A program made the position numbers and the translations under genes. Below, in pieces: positions 27,654-37,136 of a stretch of 64,000 bases of DNA (position 1 is the stretch's first letter; each line of letters begins with the position of its first letter). The DNA comes from Bacteroidota bacterium. Lineage in GTDB: Bacteria; Bacteroidota; Bacteroidia; JACPRZ01. The stretch spans positions 33,109-97,108 of the forward strand of contig JACPRZ010000012.1 of the NCBI GenBank assembly GCA_016193485.1, in the 5' to 3' direction. The notes under the pieces were generated by a model. The model made no database searches and was not told the origin of the DNA. It saw only the letters and a list, made by a program, of their open reading frames with translations.

Positions 27654-29615
27654 ATGATTAAAATCTCTTCAAATACGCTCACCGGTATTTTGTTGGGATG
27701 CATCCTGATTACCGGAGCAATTTTTCGGTTCTGCGGTTACTCGGATTTTCCGCTGAACGGTGATGAACTTGGCGCATTGAGCCGGCTCCGGTTTTCTTCA
27801 TTTGCGGATCTGATTGAACAGGGCGTGAAAACTGACGGGCACCCTCCTCTGGTGCTGGTTTTTCTTTTTTACTGGACGAAAATATTTGAATTATCAGAAG
27901 CGGCAATACGTTTCCCTTTTGCTTTGTGCGGTATTTTCAGCATTTATTTCCTGTACCTCATTGGCGCCTTCTGGTTTAACCGCACTACAGGTCTTCTTGC
28001 AGCAGCCGCTCTCGCCACACTGGAATTTCCTTTGATATATACGCAGATTGCGCGGCCTTATGCACCGGGTTTGCTCTTTACGCTGATGAACACCTGGTTC
28101 TGGACCAAACTTCTTTTTGATGATAAATCACAAAAAAAAAGCAGCGCTATTTTATACGGAATAACCGCTTCCCTTTGCATGCTCACTCATTACTTCAGTT
28201 TTCTTTCGGTCGTGATTGCCGGATTATCCGGGCTTCTGTTTGTTAAACGAGAAACAATAAAATATTATCTCATAGGGGGGGGAATCGCTTTTCTTCTTTT
28301 TATTCCCGCGCTGGATGTATTTTATTACCAGTTTTTTGTTGTAGGGGGATGGGGATGGCTCAGCAAACCAGAACCCGGTTTTTTTTGGAAATACCTTTTT
28401 ATTTTCTTTAACAACTCCGTTTTCCTTGCATATTTTGTCGGTACTGTTTCTCTCTCCTCCCTAGTAATAAACTCTACACGGATAAAATTTTCCCGGTTTC
28501 ATGCCATTTCCCTGCTTTGGTTCCTCCTGCCCTGTTTTATTGGTTATTATTATTCAATTTACCGGAATCCCGTACTTCAGGATAAACTCCTGTTATTCTC
28601 TTTTCCGTTTCTTCTTCTTTTTCTGTTCTCTTTTTTCCGCATTGAGGAAAACAGGTTTATTTATTCAGGAATCGTTTTAGGAGTTCTTGCTGTGTTTTCA
28701 TACAATACAGCAGGTATCAATAGTTTTTTTTCAAAACGGCATTTTGACGAGTTCACCGATGTAGCCCATAAAACCATTGAATATATTGACAAATATGGCG
28801 AACAAAACATCACGCGTACCATAAATGTTTTCGACCCATACTATATAAATTATTACTTCGACCGCCTCGGTCGCAAGGTTACATATTCCAATTATCAGAT
28901 TGGCGGTCCGGAAAATTTTCTGCGCTTTGATTCTCTATGCCGGAAAAGTTCCACTCCTTATTTTCTTTTTTCGTGGTGGGGTACATTGACTCCCTGCGAA
29001 ATTCTGCAAATAATCCGGCAATATTTTCCTTATACGGTTCATAAAGAATTTTTCGAACGTACGGAAATATATCTTTTTGCGAAGGAAAAATCCAACTCCT
29101 CGCTGCCCGATAAAATTGTATTCCGCACTCTGAATAATTTTGAGGCAAACCCTCCTATGTGGAGTACGAATGATTCTGCACAGGCCAGTTCCTTATCATG
29201 GAGTGGAACAAAAGCGGCAAAAGTCAATGCAACGTATCCTTATAGCCCAACTTTTTCGGCACAAGCAACGCAGGTACTTAAATCGGTGGATGATATTATT
29301 TATGCCGGAGTGCGGGTGCGGATGAACCGTCCGGGCAATTCCGATATAAAACTGTGCATTTCTTTTGAGGAAAAGAATGGAATATATGGGTGGCACGATA
29401 TTGCATTGAGTAACTTTGTTGATTCTGGCGATGTCTGGAGAAAGGCATTTATTCATAGCAGGGTTCCTAAACTAAAATCAAAAAACGATATTATTAAAAT
29501 ATTTGTCTGGAGTGCGGGTGGTAATGAATGTGTCCTGGATGATTTTGAAGTTTGGATTGAAGAAGGAAATCCGGTTTTGTGGGGAAAGCGCTCCGATCAT
29601 GGTATGCTTGATTAA
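27654..29615 (+). CDS. GT-C (PMT/ArnT-like) glycosyltransferase, paralogue 1
   Basis: LNGDE, DGHPPL, RFPF, ARPY and HY motifs; multi-TM; soluble C-terminal beta-rich domain. Confidence 0.8.
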   Translation: MIKISSNTLTGILLGCILITGAIFRFCGYSDFPLNGDELGALSRLRFSSFADLIEQGVKTDGHPPLVLVFLFYWTKIFELSEAAIRFPFALCGIFSIYFLYLIGAFWFNRTTGLLAAAALATLEFPLIYTQIARPYAPGLLFTLMNTWFWTKLLFDDKSQKKSSAILYGITASLCMLTHYFSFLSVVIAGLSGLLFVKRETIKYYLIGGGIAFLLFIPALDVFYYQFFVVGGWGWLSKPEPGFFWKYLFIFFNNSVFLAYFVGTVSLSSLVINSTRIKFSRFHAISLLWFLLPCFIGYYYSIYRNPVLQDKLLLFSFPFLLLFLFSFFRIEENRFIYSGIVLGVLAVFSYNTAGINSFFSKRHFDEFTDVAHKTIEYIDKYGEQNITRTINVFDPYYINYYFDRLGRKVTYSNYQIGGPENFLRFDSLCRKSSTPYFLFSWWGTLTPCEILQIIRQYFPYTVHKEFFERTEIYLFAKEKSNSSLPDKIVFRTLNNFEANPPMWSTNDSAQASSLSWSGTKAAKVNATYPYSPTFSAQATQVLKSVDDIIYAGVRVRMNRPGNSDIKLCISFEEKNGIYGWHDIALSNFVDSGDVWRKAFIHSRVPKLKSKNDIIKIFVWSAGGNECVLDDFEVWIEEGNPVLWGKRSDHGMLD

Positions 29616-29628
29616 TCGCTGTCTGACC

Positions 29629-31596
29629 ATGAAACAATCTGTTGGAAAATCAGATAATATTATTTTATTTCTTATCCTGCTCCTGGGTGCTGGTTTGCGA
29701 TTTTACGGATTTGCCGATTTTTCCCTCAGCAATGATGAACTGAGTGCGCTTAACCGCCTTCAGTATGATACGTTCGGAGAACTGATTGAAAAGGGAGTGA
29801 AAATTGACGGACACCCGCCTCTCGTACAGGTATTTCTTTATTACTGGACAAAAATTTTCGGTTTTTCGGAAGTATCCGTACGGCTTCCGTTTATTGTGTG
29901 CGGTATTATCAGCATTTATTTCCTTTACTGCATAGGATCGTTCTGGTTCAATCCTGCAACCGGACTTCTTGCGGCTGCCGCTCTCGCATCACTTGAATAC
30001 CCGCTTATGTATACCCAGATAGCAAGACCGTATAGCCCCGGTTTGTTGTTTACCCTGATGAATACATGGTTCTGGACTAAACTCCTTTTTGATAAAGATT
30101 CACCGAAATTCAGAACGGCAGTTTTTTATGGAATTACTGGTTCCTTATGCATGGCGACCCATTATTTCAGTTTTTTATCTGCTCTGATTACGGGTCTAAC
30201 CGGCTTATTTTTCCTGAGACGAAGCATTTTTAAATATTACATGATAGGGGGGGGTATCTCATTCCTTCTTTTTATTCCTGCCCTGGGAGTATTTTACCAC
30301 CAGTTTTTCGAAATAGGCGGTTTGGGTGGACCAACGGGCTGGCTTGGAAAACCCAAACCCGATTTTTTCCGGAAGTTCCTGTTTGAATGTTTTAATAACT
30401 CAAAATTACTCACTTTTCTTGTTACTTTTGCTTCCCTGACGTCTCTTGCGGTTTATCTTAAAGAGATCAGGTTTTCAAGATTTCACTTTCTGTGTATACT
30501 TTGGTTCCTCCTGCCTTATTTTATCGGATACTATTATTCCATTTACCGAAGCGCTGTGCTGCAGGATAAACTTCTGCTTTTTTCCTTTCCTTTTCTCCTG
30601 CTCTTTTTATTTTCTTTTTTCAGAGACGGGAAAAAACGCATTGTTAAAACAGGGATCATAATATGTGCGATGGGTGTTTTTGTAATTTCAACAGTAGTCA
30701 TAAACCGGTATTTTTCCACCCAGCATTTCGACCAGTTTAATACTGTTGCCCGGAAAACAGTTGAGTACATTGACCGGTATGGCGAACAGAACATTGTTAA
30801 GACCGTTAATGTCCACGGGCCCTATTACATCAACTATTACCTGAACCGGTTGGGCCGGAAAGTTGATTATATCAGTTACCGCAATGATGCGCAGGAAAGT
30901 TTTCTGAGATTTGATTCAATATGCAGAAATAGTTCCGCTGCCTATTTCCTCTATTCCTGGGCAAGTACTTTCAGTCCATGTGAAATCATCCAGGTCATAA
31001 AGGAATATTATCCTTTTACGGTTCACAAAGAACTTTATAACCGCTCTGAAATTTACCTTTTTGGCAGAAAAGAACCGCCCGGATATGTTACTGACACCCC
31101 GTTTTTTGTATCGCTGAATGATTTTGAAAGCGGTCCTGAAAACTGGAGCCGGGATGATTCCGCTCTGACCGGAAGATATTTTTGGAGCGGGGTTAAATCT
31201 GCCAAAGTAAATTCGAAATACCCTTACAGCCCTACATTTTCAGCGCAGGCGCATAAGATTCTTCATTCGGTGGATGATATTATTTATGCCGGAGTGCGGT
31301 TCCGAATGGAGAATATCCGGGCGGATGTAAAAATCTGCATTGCTTTTGAAGAGAACAACAAAGTTTATGAATGGCACGACATGGCCTTGAACCGGTTTTC
31401 CGATTCAGCAGGAGTTTGGAAAAATGCATATATTCATTCCCGGGTTCCTGAATTAAAATCAAAAAACGACATTATTAAAATATTTGTATGGAGCATTGAC
31501 GGCAGCGAAGTTTTCCTTGATGACTTTAAAGTGTGGGTTGAAAAGGGAAATACTATCCTCTATGGCAGACGGTTGGATCACGATATTTTAGAATGA
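29629..31596 (+). CDS. GT-C (PMT/ArnT-like) glycosyltransferase, paralogue 2
   Basis: LSNDE, DGHPPL, RLPF and ARPY; highly similar to paralogue 1. Start moved to ATG 29629. Confidence 0.8.
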   Translation: MKQSVGKSDNIILFLILLLGAGLRFYGFADFSLSNDELSALNRLQYDTFGELIEKGVKIDGHPPLVQVFLYYWTKIFGFSEVSVRLPFIVCGIISIYFLYCIGSFWFNPATGLLAAAALASLEYPLMYTQIARPYSPGLLFTLMNTWFWTKLLFDKDSPKFRTAVFYGITGSLCMATHYFSFLSALITGLTGLFFLRRSIFKYYMIGGGISFLLFIPALGVFYHQFFEIGGLGGPTGWLGKPKPDFFRKFLFECFNNSKLLTFLVTFASLTSLAVYLKEIRFSRFHFLCILWFLLPYFIGYYYSIYRSAVLQDKLLLFSFPFLLLFLFSFFRDGKKRIVKTGIIICAMGVFVISTVVINRYFSTQHFDQFNTVARKTVEYIDRYGEQNIVKTVNVHGPYYINYYLNRLGRKVDYISYRNDAQESFLRFDSICRNSSAAYFLYSWASTFSPCEIIQVIKEYYPFTVHKELYNRSEIYLFGRKEPPGYVTDTPFFVSLNDFESGPENWSRDDSALTGRYFWSGVKSAKVNSKYPYSPTFSAQAHKILHSVDDIIYAGVRFRMENIRADVKICIAFEENNKVYEWHDMALNRFSDSAGVWKNAYIHSRVPELKSKNDIIKIFVWSIDGSEVFLDDFKVWVEKGNTILYGRRLDHDILE

Positions 31597-31629
31597 TGGC
31601 TGGAATCCGATGGATTCCGTTTCTCCAGA

Positions 31630-33690
31630 ATGTTCAGGAAAACTATAGAATATTATTCACTACAGGCAAGCATCTATTATGTTTTGTTTGCAATCATCCT
31701 TGTGGCGGGTGCGTTTATGCGTTTTTATGCAAGTTACAATTTCAGTTTTTCAAATGATGAACTCGGGTCGTTGATGCGGCTGAATTTTGCCTCGCTCCCG
31801 GAAGTGATTGAACAGGGCATTAAAAAAGGGGATACTCATCCCCCCCTTTTATTGGTTTTTTTATTCTTCTGGACGAAAATATCCGGGACTTCCGAATTCA
31901 TGGTAAGGTTGCCCTTTGCGGTTGCAGGTACTTTGGCAATTTTTTATGCATGGAGGATCGGTTTAAAATGGTTTCATCCCGCAACAGCCCTTCTTTCAGC
32001 GGCAGGAATCGCTTTTCTTGAATTTCCGCTGCATGTTTCCTATCTTATCCGTCCCTATAGCCCCGGTTTACTCTTTTTTTTAATGAATGTATATTATTGG
32101 ACCAATCTGCTTTTTGAAGAAGGCCTGCAAAAAAGGAAAACAGCAATTCTCTACGGGGTCACCGCTGCGCTATGTATGTATTCCCATTATTTCAGTTTTT
32201 TGTCCGCTTTAATTACCGGTTTAACGGGATTTATTTTCTTAAATCGGAAGAACATTAAATATTATCTATTAGGGGGATTACTGGCAATTATTCTTTACCT
32301 TCCGTCCTTTACCATCTTCTGGCATCATTTTTTTATTGCGAAAGGACTTGAAACAACAATTCCGGGCGGTGATGAATACATGGCGCTGATGTCTTCCGGT
32401 GAAACAATGTCAATCAGGTTACATTCATGGCTTCAAAAACCCACCCCCTCTTTTTTTCCTAAATTTATCTTTTATGCTTTTAATTCCTCTGTCACGGTTC
32501 TCTCGGTTACCGGAATAATTTGCCTTGTGCTCCTGTTGTTTAACCGGCAGATCATGAGGATATCAAAATTTCAAATGATCTCCCTGGCATGGTTCCTGCT
32601 TCCCTTTATTACCGGTTATTTCTATTCGGTTTACCGCAGCGCCATTCTACAGGAAAAGGTCCTGGTTTTTTCGTTTCCATTTCTTCTTTTATTCCTCTTT
32701 TCTTTTTTTAAGGATATCCGGATTAAGAATTTCACTCCGGGAATTTCATTGCTGATCAGTGGAGTTTTTTTTTGCAGTACCATTCTTGAAAAGGAATATT
32801 TTATTCCGCTCAATTTTGACCAGTTTCGCAATGCCGCCAGCCGGATAATAAAACACCTTGATGAAAGGGGTGAAAAAAATGTGACACGGACGGTAAATGT
32901 CTCGCACCGGTTTTATATTGAGCACTATCTTAAACGATTCGGAAGCGCAGTATCTTTCGCAAGTTACCGGAATGAGAGGGAGGAGAGTTTTTTACCATAT
33001 AAAGCAATTCTGCGGCAAAGTACTACCCCGTTTTTTCTTCATGCATGGACTAATTTCCAGAATCGCTGGGAAGTAATACCCATGATCCGGGAATTTTATC
33101 CCTATACAATTTCAAAGAACTTATTCTTTTGCTCTGAAGTTTATTTGTTTTCCCGTGAAAAACCCGCAAATTACGTCTCCGAGCCGTTTGTATTTTTCAG
33201 TTGTAATACGTTTGATTCGTTACCGGCTTTCTGGAGTCCTGCCGATTCGGTACGTTCCGATTCAGTTGCTTTTAATGGAAAATTCTCTGCATCGGTAGAT
33301 CCGCGGTTTCCTTTCAGCCCCACTTTTTCCTGCCATGCTGAAACTATTTTTAATTCCGTTGATGATATTCTGTACGCACGTGTAACTGCGCGGATGACAT
33401 CTGTCCGGGAAGAAGTGAAACTTTGTATTTCATTTGAGGATACAAATGGAATATATTCCTGGCATGATATACTGTTATATCACTTTATTGATTCAGCCGG
33501 TAAATGGGATAATGTCTACCTCAGTACCTTTGTTCCCCGGCTGCATTCAAAAAGCGATCACATAAGAATTTTTGTCTGGAACCTGGGCAAAGTACCGGTT
33601 CATATTGACAATTTTACCGTATGGGTTGAAAAAGGAAATCCTGTTGTTTATGGGAAACGAAAAGACCGGAACATTCTCAGTGAACAATAG
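31630..33690 (+). CDS. GT-C (PMT/ArnT-like) glycosyltransferase, paralogue 3
   Basis: FSNDE, DTHPPL, RLPF and IRPY; same architecture with an extra loop. Confidence 0.8.
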   Translation: MFRKTIEYYSLQASIYYVLFAIILVAGAFMRFYASYNFSFSNDELGSLMRLNFASLPEVIEQGIKKGDTHPPLLLVFLFFWTKISGTSEFMVRLPFAVAGTLAIFYAWRIGLKWFHPATALLSAAGIAFLEFPLHVSYLIRPYSPGLLFFLMNVYYWTNLLFEEGLQKRKTAILYGVTAALCMYSHYFSFLSALITGLTGFIFLNRKNIKYYLLGGLLAIILYLPSFTIFWHHFFIAKGLETTIPGGDEYMALMSSGETMSIRLHSWLQKPTPSFFPKFIFYAFNSSVTVLSVTGIICLVLLLFNRQIMRISKFQMISLAWFLLPFITGYFYSVYRSAILQEKVLVFSFPFLLLFLFSFFKDIRIKNFTPGISLLISGVFFCSTILEKEYFIPLNFDQFRNAASRIIKHLDERGEKNVTRTVNVSHRFYIEHYLKRFGSAVSFASYRNEREESFLPYKAILRQSTTPFFLHAWTNFQNRWEVIPMIREFYPYTISKNLFFCSEVYLFSREKPANYVSEPFVFFSCNTFDSLPAFWSPADSVRSDSVAFNGKFSASVDPRFPFSPTFSCHAETIFNSVDDILYARVTARMTSVREEVKLCISFEDTNGIYSWHDILLYHFIDSAGKWDNVYLSTFVPRLHSKSDHIRIFVWNLGKVPVHIDNFTVWVEKGNPVVYGKRKDRNILSEQ

Positions 33691-33697
33691 TTTACCG

Positions 33698-33705
33698 TAA
33701 ATTTG
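33698..33705 (+). promoter_or_regulatory. -7 promoter box for tRNA-Val
   Basis: TAAATTTG ending 10 nt before the tRNA 5' end. Confidence 0.55.
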
Positions 33706-33714
33706 CAATGTTCA

Positions 33715-33789
33715 GGGCAATTAGCTCAGTTGGTTCAGAGCACTGCTTTCACACGGCAGGGGTCGCAGGTTCAACTCCTGCATTGCCCA
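33715..33789 (+). tRNA. tRNA-Val(CAC)
   Basis: Cloverleaf: acceptor GGGCAAT/ATTGCCC, D-arm GCTC/GAGC, anticodon arm CTGCT-TTCACAC-GGCAG, T-arm GCAGG-TTCAACT-CCTGC. CCA is not encoded (ACCT follows). Confidence 0.96.
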
Positions 33790-33842
33790 CCTTTAAAAAA
33801 ATAAAAATCCCAAAATTTATAAATCCTCAATCTCCATTTTAT

Positions 33843-36023
33843 ATGAAAAACACATTCTATTTACCACTTATTCCGTTTATCTTATCGGGATTCTTTTGCA
33901 AAGCCCAGATATCAATAACAGGGATAAATGACACCGTAACCATTGACTTTACCGGGTTTACCGCAGCCGGGTTCGCTCCGGCACCTGCTGCAGGGCAACT
34001 CAGTTCAAATGACTGGGCTGTACGCGGATTTAGCCAGGATACCCTTCTTGATTTCGGTGAAACGGCAACTACCGGTGATTTTGCCCGCGGCATTTCAACC
34101 GGCAGTGTGAACACCGGTGGCATTTATGCTTTTGACGTTGGGGGGGGGAATGCAATTTTCGGTGTTCAGCCAACCGATAATGATTTCACACCTGGCAGTG
34201 TAACCCTGAAAATTCAGAACAATACGGGTGTACCTGTCACGGATTTTGAAATTGAATATGCAATATGGTGTTACAATGACCAGAACCGGTCAAACTCCCT
34301 CAACTTTTCGTGGTCATCGGATAACATTACGTACTCGCTGGTGCCGCCACTTAATTTTGCTACCCCTCAACCGCTTGACAGCCCCGCTTCGTGGGTTTCG
34401 ACTTATATGGCGACTCTCATCACCGGATTAAATCTTGCAAACGGTTCATATTTTTATCTGCGGTGGAGCGGCAATGATGCAGGCGGCTCCGGTTCAAGGG
34501 ATGAGTATGGGGTTGATAATATTAAGATTATTGCAGGGGCTCCTTTAGTCAACGCTGACTTCTCTGCAACAGATATTTGTATTGGAGATTTCGTTTATTT
34601 CACCGATAATTCCACAACTGTCACCGGTTCTATTATTTCATGGCAATGGTATTTCGGCAACGGTGACTCATCTTATCTTGCAAATCCTTTTTATTATTAT
34701 TCAACTTATGGTACTTATTATGTTACACTTATTGTAACTAATAATTCGGGCGATACGGACAGTGTAACAAAACCGGTAACGGTTTTCCCGGTACCTATTG
34801 CTGATTTCACCGCTGCAAATTTCTGCCAGGGTAGTCCGACTCAGTTTAACAACCTTTCCACTATCGCAAGCGGAACTATTGCCTTGTGGTCCTGGAATTT
34901 TGGCGACAGCACTTTTTCCACTACGTTGAATCCCTCGCATATTTATTCAGATACCGGGACTTTCACAGTCACCCTGACTGCAATTTCAGATAACGGATGT
35001 GCAGATTCCGTTTCATATTCCATAATTATCTACCCGGGACCAATTATAAATACTTCTGCGATGGTTATCCAGCACTCTGTGTGCAGCGGCAATAACGGTT
35101 CAATTTCAGGAATCACGGTATCCGGTACCGGACCTTTTTCTTATGAATGGGAGGACAGCAGCGGTAATGTTGCCGGAAATTCACTTGATATTGACAGTTT
35201 GAATCCGGGTATTTATTATCTTTCAGTAATGTCTTTATCATGTACATCGGGTGTTGTTACAGTCAATATCGGGGATTCCATTCCTGCACCTGCAGTGACC
35301 TTGACATCATCGGGTAATATCATCTGCGAAAACGACACAGTATTTTTTAATGCAGCGCCCGCGGGTTATGATAATTATGAATTTTTCCTGAACAGCAATT
35401 CGGTTCAATCCGGTGCAGGTAATTCATATTTCTCTTCTTCTCTTGCGGATGGGGATGAAATAGCAGTGGTATGTACTGACAACGGGTGTACTGCTCAGAG
35501 TTCACCGGTAGTTATTATGGTCAATCCGAATCCTGTTGCTGGTTTTACTTTTACAATTAGCGGTTCAACAGGCACTTTCACCAATACAACTTCAGGAGGA
35601 ACTCCCCCCCCGGTATATTCATGGGATTTCGGGGATGCTATGGGAACTTCCAATCTGTTCAACCCGGTTTATACCTATTCTTCAACCGGTTCGTATTTCG
35701 TTTGCCTGTCGGTGGATGACGGAGCAGGATGCTCCGGTATTTTCTGCGATACTGTGGATATTTCGGTCGGCATTAAAGAAAATGATTTTACGGATACCCG
35801 GTTCATTATTAAACCGGCAATGCAGGGGATTGTTATATTCTCACAAAAGGATAAAATAATCAAGGCCGAAGTAATAAACAGTGCAGGTATGAAAATTCAC
35901 ACTGCACAGGGAACTTCCGCCAATAACCTGTCCGTTCCGCTACCGGGTGCCGGTACCGGAATATATTATGTGAGGATATGGAGTCACGATGGCGAAATAA
36001 GAGCGCTGAAATTTATCCGGTGA
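33843..36023 (+). CDS. Secreted PKD-domain protein with probable T9SS C-terminal domain
   Basis: Signal peptide MKNTFYLPL (ATG 33843; the track start runs through the tRNA); three PKD repeats (WYFGNG, WNFGDS, WDFGDA); GIYYVRI...LKFIR end. Confidence 0.82.
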   Translation: MKNTFYLPLIPFILSGFFCKAQISITGINDTVTIDFTGFTAAGFAPAPAAGQLSSNDWAVRGFSQDTLLDFGETATTGDFARGISTGSVNTGGIYAFDVGGGNAIFGVQPTDNDFTPGSVTLKIQNNTGVPVTDFEIEYAIWCYNDQNRSNSLNFSWSSDNITYSLVPPLNFATPQPLDSPASWVSTYMATLITGLNLANGSYFYLRWSGNDAGGSGSRDEYGVDNIKIIAGAPLVNADFSATDICIGDFVYFTDNSTTVTGSIISWQWYFGNGDSSYLANPFYYYSTYGTYYVTLIVTNNSGDTDSVTKPVTVFPVPIADFTAANFCQGSPTQFNNLSTIASGTIALWSWNFGDSTFSTTLNPSHIYSDTGTFTVTLTAISDNGCADSVSYSIIIYPGPIINTSAMVIQHSVCSGNNGSISGITVSGTGPFSYEWEDSSGNVAGNSLDIDSLNPGIYYLSVMSLSCTSGVVTVNIGDSIPAPAVTLTSSGNIICENDTVFFNAAPAGYDNYEFFLNSNSVQSGAGNSYFSSSLADGDEIAVVCTDNGCTAQSSPVVIMVNPNPVAGFTFTISGSTGTFTNTTSGGTPPPVYSWDFGDAMGTSNLFNPVYTYSSTGSYFVCLSVDDGAGCSGIFCDTVDISVGIKENDFTDTRFIIKPAMQGIVIFSQKDKIIKAEVINSAGMKIHTAQGTSANNLSVPLPGAGTGIYYVRIWSHDGEIRALKFIR

Positions 36024-36026
36024 CTC

Positions 36027-37076
36027 TTACTGAACGATAAAAGGAATTTTTCTTATCGTTCCGTTCAATTCAACGAAGAGGATATAGGTTCCCTCCGCAT
36101 AACCCGAAACATCAAAAACGGTTGAGTAATTTCCCGTTCCCGGATGGACTCCGGTCATCTCAAGTAAACGTTGCCCCGCTGAGTTGATGCAGTTAAATTG
36201 CACCGATGATTGTCCCGTAACGTTATAATCAACCCGCACAAAGTCAATTACCGGGTTGGGAAAAAGAAGGAAAACGGGTAATTCTTTCTGTAGTTCATCG
36301 GCTCCTGCCACCGCCTTAGTATTCAGAAGGATTTTTGGAAATAAGGCCGTTCCGTTTACAGACACTAATTCAACATAAAAAACCGGAAATTTCATAGAGT
36401 CCTCATACCAGGAATAAACGGTTCGCGTTATGTTCGTAATAGAATCATCAGGCGGATTAAGGGATGTATCTGTTATGGTTTCAATCCATTTTACCCGGAG
36501 TAAACTGTCAAAAATATTACCCCCTACTTTAAGCGTGCCCCATCCGTCTGCATTGACTGCAACGGTTCCCTTCCTGTCCCAAATATAACCGTTTCCGTCA
36601 TCATAAACACAGTCAAAATTATCCGAATTAGTATAATTGAAGTTTACCGGGTAATTGAATAACCTTTCATTATTGGTGATGGAATAATTTATCTTGATAC
36701 TGCCCGATAATACCTCGCCATCAATACTGAGATTTCCACCGCTTGTTTTGTAATAAATATAATTATTGAAGGTTTTATTATATCCGGCAATCGATGACGT
36801 TGAAAAATCGTTTGCGTATGGCGTTGATGCCACCGTTTTAAATGTATATTGGGTGTCTGCTGCAGGGTTAAAAATAATTTTATTGCTGAAATCCCATACA
36901 TAACCGGTTCCGGTATTGCTGTAAACAGGTGGTGATCCTGATTCATAGCCCTGTTTGACAATCCAGATATCGCCTGTATCCGGATTATGAATAGCGGAAG
37001 TCAGTGATGGCGCCTGTGCGGAGACATTACCGGCAAGCATGACCGCTGATAAGAGGATATAGTACTTTTGTAACAT
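36027..37076 (-). CDS. T9SS type A sorting-domain protein
   Basis: Signal peptide MLQKYYILL (ATG 37076); WDFS, ADGWGTL; C-terminal FPNP...GTYIL. Confidence 0.82.
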   Translation of the reverse strand: MLQKYYILLSAVMLAGNVSAQAPSLTSAIHNPDTGDIWIVKQGYESGSPPVYSNTGTGYVWDFSNKIIFNPAADTQYTFKTVASTPYANDFSTSSIAGYNKTFNNYIYYKTSGGNLSIDGEVLSGSIKINYSITNNERLFNYPVNFNYTNSDNFDCVYDDGNGYIWDRKGTVAVNADGWGTLKVGGNIFDSLLRVKWIETITDTSLNPPDDSITNITRTVYSWYEDSMKFPVFYVELVSVNGTALFPKILLNTKAVAGADELQKELPVFLLFPNPVIDFVRVDYNVTGQSSVQFNCINSAGQRLLEMTGVHPGTGNYSTVFDVSGYAEGTYILFVELNGTIRKIPFIVQ

Positions 37077-37136
37077 GGGAGTGAGATAAATAGTGAAAAA
37101 TTTTTTACAAATATAGCAATCTGAACCATATCGCTG

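Noticed and set aside
27476..27703. 75-aa ORF containing LPAGRQG
   Set aside because: It is a translation of the palindrome cluster and overlaps the GT-C start on the other strand.
33708..33842. ORF-track N-terminal extension of the PKD protein
   Set aside because: It is the tRNA-Val sequence read in frame; the signal peptide begins at ATG 33843.
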